A DNA stretch of 48,912 nucleotides from a virus (taxonomy: Duplodnaviria; Caudoviricetes), in the IMG/VR virus record IMGVR_UViG_3300043633_000063, positions 1 through 48,912 of that record, one strand, 5' to 3'. The notes below the pieces were generated by a model, which was given only the letters and a program-made list of their open reading frames with translations, was not told where the DNA came from and ran no database searches. This document shows positions 44,600 through 48,912 of this stretch, piece by piece. Position 1 is the first letter of the stretch. The number at the start of each line of letters is the position of its first letter. The translations under genes were made by a program, and so were the position numbers.

Positions 44600-45117
44600 A
44601 CGCCGGCGCGAGGTTCTCGTCGTGCCGTCGCTACCGCTATGCGCTTTGGCGCGAATGGGATCCGGCGCTGCCGACGGTCGTGTTCTGTGGTCTCAATCCG
44701 AGCACCGCCGACGAGACGAAAGACGACCCAACGATCCGCCGCGAGCTCGGTTACGCGCGTGATTGGAAGTGCGGGCGGCTGATCAAGGTCAACGCCTACG
44801 GCTGGCGCGACACCGATCCCAAAAAGATGCTCGCCGTCGCCGACCCCACCGGGCCCGAAAACCTCCAGACGGTCGTGCATTGCGCGCGGCACGCCGGCTT
44901 GTTCGTGGCGGCGTGGGGCAATCACATCCGCGAGCGCGACGCCTGGGCGCTGCGGGTGATGCTGAAGCGAGCCGGGGTCACGGTGTACGCGCTGCGCGTC
45001 ACGAGCAAGGGCAACCCCGAGCATCCCCTCTACTTGCCGCGCAACCTGCGGCCTTTGACCTGGCCCGGGGGGCAACCCTGGACCTGGCCCGACACCTGGA
45101 AACGCGAGGAAATCTGA
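44596..45117 (+). CDS. DUF1643 family protein
   Basis: FSSCRRYRYALWREW; GLNPSTADETKDDPTIRR; AAWG; PEHPLY. Confidence 0.92.
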   Translation: MNAGARFSSCRRYRYALWREWDPALPTVVFCGLNPSTADETKDDPTIRRELGYARDWKCGRLIKVNAYGWRDTDPKKMLAVADPTGPENLQTVVHCARHAGLFVAAWGNHIRERDAWALRVMLKRAGVTVYALRVTSKGNPEHPLYLPRNLRPLTWPGGQPWTWPDTWKREEI

Positions 45118-45119
45118 AA

Positions 45120-45630
45120 ATGACAGCACGAGACAAAGTGAGCGGCATCGAGGCCGAGTTTTGGGACTGCACCGATCCCGAGGTGCTCACACACAAGGAT
45201 CCGATCAGCGCGCTCGAGGCCTGCGTCGAGGATCATCTCGAGAAGGGGCGCCCCGTCGAGGACGTGATCCGCGAGATGGGTGGCATCTCGGTGCAGGCCT
45301 ATCGCAAGCGGCTGCACACGCCCGGCGAGATCCTCGAGGCGGCCGAGCGCGCGCTCGATGCGGTGACCGAGGCGCTCGACGATGAGGAACACGGCCATCC
45401 CGAGGGCGATCAGCCCATGTTCTCGGTCGACGTGCTCGCCAAGCACCTGCCCGCGTTCGAGGCCGCGGTGATCGCGCTGCTCGCCGAGGGCAAGATCTGG
45501 CAATGCGAGGTCGTTCAAACGGTCGAGCTCACGCCCGACGAGACGATCGAGATTCCTGCTGCCCGAGCGGCCCGAGTGGTTCGGCGCGCCGGCGCCGGCG
45601 GCCGCTGCAGCGCCCGAGGTGCCCGCTTGA
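45120..45630 (+). CDS. Acidic hypothetical protein with an apparent +1 frameshift near 45553
   Basis: Removing one base restores ...EILLPERPEWFGAPAPAAAAAPEVPA*, which ends in a TTGA overlap with the next gene. Confidence 0.55.
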
Positions 45631-46151
45631 CCTCGGCGGGCGTCGCCGCCGTGCCGCTCGAGGACCGAGCGGTTTGCGTGACCTGCGGCGTGGGTGTGTC
45701 GTTTGATGAGGATGGCTGCTGCTCGCACTGCGGTAACGAGGTGGCCCGGCTCGGCGACTTTCGCGCCCTGCTCGAGCGCGGAGGCCTCGGCCTCGTTCCC
45801 GCCGGGCCCCCCGATCTGCGGCGCGAGGAACTGATCAAAGCCTGGGCGCTGCGCGAGCTCGAGGCGCTACCGCGCGGACCCTGGCGCGAATGGATCCGAA
45901 TGGGCACCGCGCCGGCGTCGCTGCAGCTCGCGCTCGAGGGCCTGCCCGAGTCGGTCGCCGCGCTCGTGATCGAGCATGTCGCCGACGAGCTCGGCGATTG
46001 CGAGTGCTGCCGCCGGCGCGCCCCGTGCCGCCACCTGAGTGACAGGAGCGAGAGCGGCGAGCGGGATTGGCGCTGCGCGTGGGGCTGCTCGCCGCCCGAC
46101 GCGCCGCCGGCGGACATGCTGCAGCGCTGGGCAAGGGAGTGCGGGCTATGA
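45627..46151 (+). CDS. Cys-rich hypothetical protein
   Basis: TTG start; CVTCG...FDEDGCCSHCG; CECC. Confidence 0.55.
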   Translation: MTSAGVAAVPLEDRAVCVTCGVGVSFDEDGCCSHCGNEVARLGDFRALLERGGLGLVPAGPPDLRREELIKAWALRELEALPRGPWREWIRMGTAPASLQLALEGLPESVAALVIEHVADELGDCECCRRRAPCRHLSDRSESGERDWRCAWGCSPPDAPPADMLQRWARECGL

Positions 46152-46384
46152 TCAGCGTGGCCTCGGTCAACTATTGCGAGCGCTGCAAATGCAGGACGCT
46201 TCACATTCCGATGCCGACGGGCGATCTCGCGTGCGAGCATCACTTGCCAACCGGGCCCGAGCACGCCGCGCCGCCGGCGCGTTGCGCGGTGGGGTGCGGG
46301 ATGGTCAGCCCCGGCGGGACGTTGCATCACGTGGGTTGCGGCGTTGGTGCGCCGACGCAGCAGCAGGAACGCCCGCGCCGATGA
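46148..46384 (+). CDS. Small Cys/His-rich protein
   Basis: YCERCKCRTLH. Confidence 0.5.
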   Translation: MISVASVNYCERCKCRTLHIPMPTGDLACEHHLPTGPEHAAPPARCAVGCGMVSPGGTLHHVGCGVGAPTQQQERPRR

Positions 46385-46695
46385 GCAGCGCGCGGCGCAT
46401 GGATCGAAAGCAGCTGAGCGATGCAACCCGCACGGTCAGACGCCTAGTTAGGGAGCAAACAGTGGCCAGGAAACCAAAGCCCGTCGAAGAATTGCCGGAC
46501 GACTATCGGCAGATCATTCACCTCGCGTGCTCAAAGCGCACCCTCATGAACCTCGACACGATTGTTAAGCGGCATGCCCGCGATCCGCTTCTCGGTCCGA
46601 TGAAAGGCGTCGAGGTCGGGCGAGAGCAAGCCGCTCGCTACGCGATCGCCTACTGCGCAGAGCACGGGCCAGCGCGCATCTCGACGACGGATTGA
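46381..46695 (+). CDS. Putative ribbon-helix-helix DNA-binding protein (alternative start GTG at 46462)
   Basis: RQIIHLACSKRTLMNLD...GREQAARYAI strand-helix-helix pattern. Confidence 0.45.
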   Translation: MSSARRMDRKQLSDATRTVRRLVREQTVARKPKPVEELPDDYRQIIHLACSKRTLMNLDTIVKRHARDPLLGPMKGVEVGREQAARYAIAYCAEHGPARISTTD

Positions 46696-46728
46696 AGCCC
46701 CGCCGCGGCGGGCAGGAAGGGCCGGACA

Positions 46729-47550
46729 ATGCTCCTCATCAAAGAGGAATTCGTAGGCGGTGAGAAATACCGCCGAGCCGTCGAGCTCGGCGGGTACGAC
46801 GCGATCGGGTTGTGGCTGGCAATGAAACGCTACTGCTCGATCTATCCGGACACCGTCGGGTTCGTTCCGAACGAAGAACTCGACGGCCTGCCTGGAGCGC
46901 CGCGCGGCGCGAGGCGCAAGGCGCTCCAGGCATTGATCCAGTGCGGTCGGCTGCTGCCCGGCGGGCAGCGCGGCACGGGCCTAGTGGAGGCCGTAGCGGG
47001 CGGCTGGAAACTGCACGACTATCTCGATCACTCGGCGCCTCCCGAGGAAATCGAGCTGCGGCGCGAGAAAGCCCGGCTCAAAAAACAGAGCTACCGCGAG
47101 CACAAGCGGCGCGAGCTCGCTGCCGTCCGGCGCCTCGCGGGGGAATTGTCCCCGGGGACATCGGGGGACACCGAGGGGGACAGCCCAGGGGACATCGAGG
47201 GGGACAGCCCACCGGACACCGGGGGGACGGTCCTCGCGGGCGCCCGCCCGCACGAGGGCGCGCGCGTGCCCGCGCCTACGCGGGGGCGCGCGCTTCCCAA
47301 CCCAACCCAACCCAACCCAACCAAAAAAAATCTTCCACGTTTGGCAAGCACGATCCGGGAGCCGCAGCGCATCGAGGCGGGCCCGGCACACCGGCAATTT
47401 GCGGCCGAGCACGGGCTCGAACTCGAACCGTTCCTCGCCCAGCTGCGGCAGGCGCCGAGCACCGAGGCGCTGAGCGACGACGAAATCCGAACGCGCCTCG
47501 CGGGCATGCTCGTGCAAGCCGTTGAGCGGCGCCTCGGGGGCGCAGCGTGA
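46729..47550 (+). CDS. Putative phage replication initiator
   Basis: AIGLWLAM..YC...GFVP...GLVE...GGWKLHDYLDH...REKARLKKQSYR; internal iteron-like repeats. Confidence 0.7.
   Translation: MLLIKEEFVGGEKYRRAVELGGYDAIGLWLAMKRYCSIYPDTVGFVPNEELDGLPGAPRGARRKALQALIQCGRLLPGGQRGTGLVEAVAGGWKLHDYLDHSAPPEEIELRREKARLKKQSYREHKRRELAAVRRLAGELSPGTSGDTEGDSPGDIEGDSPPDTGGTVLAGARPHEGARVPAPTRGRALPNPTQPNPTKKNLPRLASTIREPQRIEAGPAHRQFAAEHGLELEPFLAQLRQAPSTEALSDDEIRTRLAGMLVQAVERRLGGAA
47147..47328. repeat. Putative replication origin: GGGGACA iterons with CCCAA repeats and an A-tract
   Basis: Palindrome TGTCCCCGGGGACA at 47147, then GGGGACA/G at roughly 12-bp spacing to 47229; CCCAA five times plus an A-tract at 47296-47330. 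Confidence 0.65.
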
Positions 47551-47690
47551 TCGGGCGCGACGACGAGCTCGGGCCCGACGACGGCGACGAGCTGCTCGAC
47601 GGGCTCGGGCCCGACGACGACGCCGGCGGCGACGAGCGGCTCGCCGATCTCGACCTCAACGGCTGCAACGATTGGACGGTCGAGCCGTGA
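47547..47690 (+). CDS. Very acidic 47-aa peptide (absent from the ORF track)
   Basis: GTGA overlaps at both ends; MIGRDDELGPDDGDELLDGLGPDDDAGGDERLADLDLNGCNDWTVEP. Confidence 0.6.
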   Translation: MIGRDDELGPDDGDELLDGLGPDDDAGGDERLADLDLNGCNDWTVEP

Positions 47691-48016
47691 GCTGCCCCAT
47701 CGGGGCGCGCACCGGCGAGTGCCCGGTCACCGGTCGGCAGCTCGAGGTTTTGCAGATCATCGAGCGCTCGCTCGAGGCGCGCGGGTTCCCGCCGACCTAC
47801 GCCGAATTCACCGTCGAGCTCGGGCTCAGCCCGCACAGTCGGCAGGTGATCCACGAACATCTCTTGAGGCTCGCCGCCAAGGGGATGCTCGTGCGGCACG
47901 CCCGCGCCGCGCGCGGGATCACACTCACGACCGCCGCGCGCGAGCTGCTCGCCCGCGAACGGGTAAAGCAGGGAGAAAGTCAATGTCACAGAGTTTCGAC
48001 ACCGAACGCGAGCTGA
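47687..48016 (+). CDS. LexA-type DNA-binding domain protein (no peptidase domain)
   Basis: TGRQLEVLQII...GFPPTYAEF..ELGL...VIHEHLLRLAAKGML...ARGI. Confidence 0.85.
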   Translation: MSCPIGARTGECPVTGRQLEVLQIIERSLEARGFPPTYAEFTVELGLSPHSRQVIHEHLLRLAAKGMLVRHARAARGITLTTAARELLARERVKQGESQCHRVSTPNAS

Positions 48017-48600
48017 CCCTCACCGAGATCCGAGAGCGCACCGAAATGCGTGAGCGGCTCGATGATGAGCGCGACGCTTTGCTCGCCGCGATCGAGGACC
48101 GCCGGCGCGAGGTCCGCGGATTCACCGCGAAGCGAAAAAAGATCGAGTCGCAATTGCGCGACGTGCGGCGCGAGCTCCGCACCGGCAAGATGTTCGAGTC
48201 TCCACAGACCTCGCTCGCGCTCGACTTGCAGCCGCCGATCGATCCATTCACGGCGCGCTATCCCATCGCGCGCGATCACGAGACGTTGCACGGGCAGCTC
48301 GCGGTCGTGCTGCAAGGGGTGCTCGTGCCGAGCATCGAGAAACTCGAGCGTTGGGCCACCAGTACCGGCATTTTCCACGGTGTTGCGAACTGGGCGCGCA
48401 CCGAGCTCGCCTACTTGAACGCGAAAGAACACCCCGATCTGACCCTGCCGCCGCGCAACCCGATGCCTCGCAAGCTGCTCGATTTGCGGATATACCTCGG
48501 CAAGGCCGCCGACAAATCACGCAAGGCGCTGCAGCCGCGGCAAGCCAAGACGCGGCCCGCCGGGGGCACGCCGATCGCGAAGCAACGGCGGCGCAAATGA
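47983..48600 (+). CDS. Hypothetical coiled-coil protein
   Basis: GGGAG RBS; N-terminal coiled coil. Confidence 0.65.
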   Translation: MSQSFDTERELTLTEIRERTEMRERLDDERDALLAAIEDRRREVRGFTAKRKKIESQLRDVRRELRTGKMFESPQTSLALDLQPPIDPFTARYPIARDHETLHGQLAVVLQGVLVPSIEKLERWATSTGIFHGVANWARTELAYLNAKEHPDLTLPPRNPMPRKLLDLRIYLGKAADKSRKALQPRQAKTRPAGGTPIAKQRRRK

Positions 48601-48863
48601 GCCACTGCGATCACGGGTTCGGACGCTGCCCGGTCTGTGACGCGGGGGTGCCCTGCCCGGAGTGCAACGGCCTGCGCGCGCGGCTCGTGAACATCTATCA
48701 CCTGACCCTCACCGGGCAGGACCCGGCCGCGACGGTGCGCGCGGTACGCGCCGCGAGCGGCCCGGGCGCGCCGGCGCCGGCGCCGGCGCCGCCGGCGAGC
48801 GACCTCGACGTGGAGCTCATCGACCATGGCCCCTGGATCAAGCGAAAGGAACCCGATGCGTGA
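48597..48863 (+). CDS. Small Cys-rich protein
   Basis: CDHGFGRCPVC...CPEC; spans the circular junction. Confidence 0.55.
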   Translation: MSHCDHGFGRCPVCDAGVPCPECNGLRARLVNIYHLTLTGQDPAATVRAVRAASGPGAPAPAPAPPASDLDVELIDHGPWIKRKEPDA

Positions 48864-48912
48864 CCGACCAATTCGGCAAGGCGATCCCCGCCCAAAAGGG
48901 CGACCGCTACTA
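48756..48912 (+). repeat. Terminal direct repeat (assembly overlap), right copy
   Basis: Matches 1-157. Confidence 0.95.

Larger units (their letters stand above)
1..48912. mobile_element. Complete temperate tailed phage genome (lambda-like head, contractile Mu-like tail), circular assembly
   Basis: Full head, tail, lysis, integrase and replication gene sets are present; terminal 157-bp direct repeat; intact attP indicates the excised or free form. Confidence 0.95.

Noticed and set aside
44763-46151. Single 462-aa ORF from the ORF track
   Set aside because: Looks like an artefactual fusion: ATG 45120, a probable one-base insertion near 45553 (likely sequencing error), and a separate gene from TTG 45627

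Overview
The window is essentially one complete temperate phage genome of about 48,755 bp with very high GC. Positions 1-157 repeat at 48756-48912, so the assembly is circular. The minus strand (about 877-31634) carries a lambda-like head module: a cosQ-like site with an IHF box, small terminase, GpA large terminase, gpW, portal, S49 protease, decoration protein and gpE-type capsid. This is followed by a contractile tail with a Mu-like baseplate (sheath, tube, G/GT chaperone frameshift, tape measure, gp43-48-like genes, two fibres) and a GH108 endolysin with atypical membrane and lipoprotein neighbours. The plus strand (31696 through the circular junction to 910) starts with a BrnT/HTH toxin-antitoxin pair. 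It continues as an almost gapless run of about 30 overlapping genes that includes a Xis-like protein, a tyrosine integrase, a sigma-70-like factor, a J-domain protein, DUF1643, a replication initiator with iterons, a LexA-type HTH and a Vsr/DUF559-like nuclease. The most notable feature is attP, the 3' half of a tRNA-Leu(UAG) gene at 38246-38300, which lies inside a roughly 826-aa integrase ORF in the middle of this early operon. No CI-type repressor is recognisable. This suggests integration itself acts as the switch, by rewriting the Int C-terminus and separating the replication and sigma genes from their upstream promoter region. A myxobacterial host is an inference from GC content and the Mx8/Mx9-like attP-in-int arrangement. 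All protein calls come from motif recognition and gene order by eye; no database searches were run.
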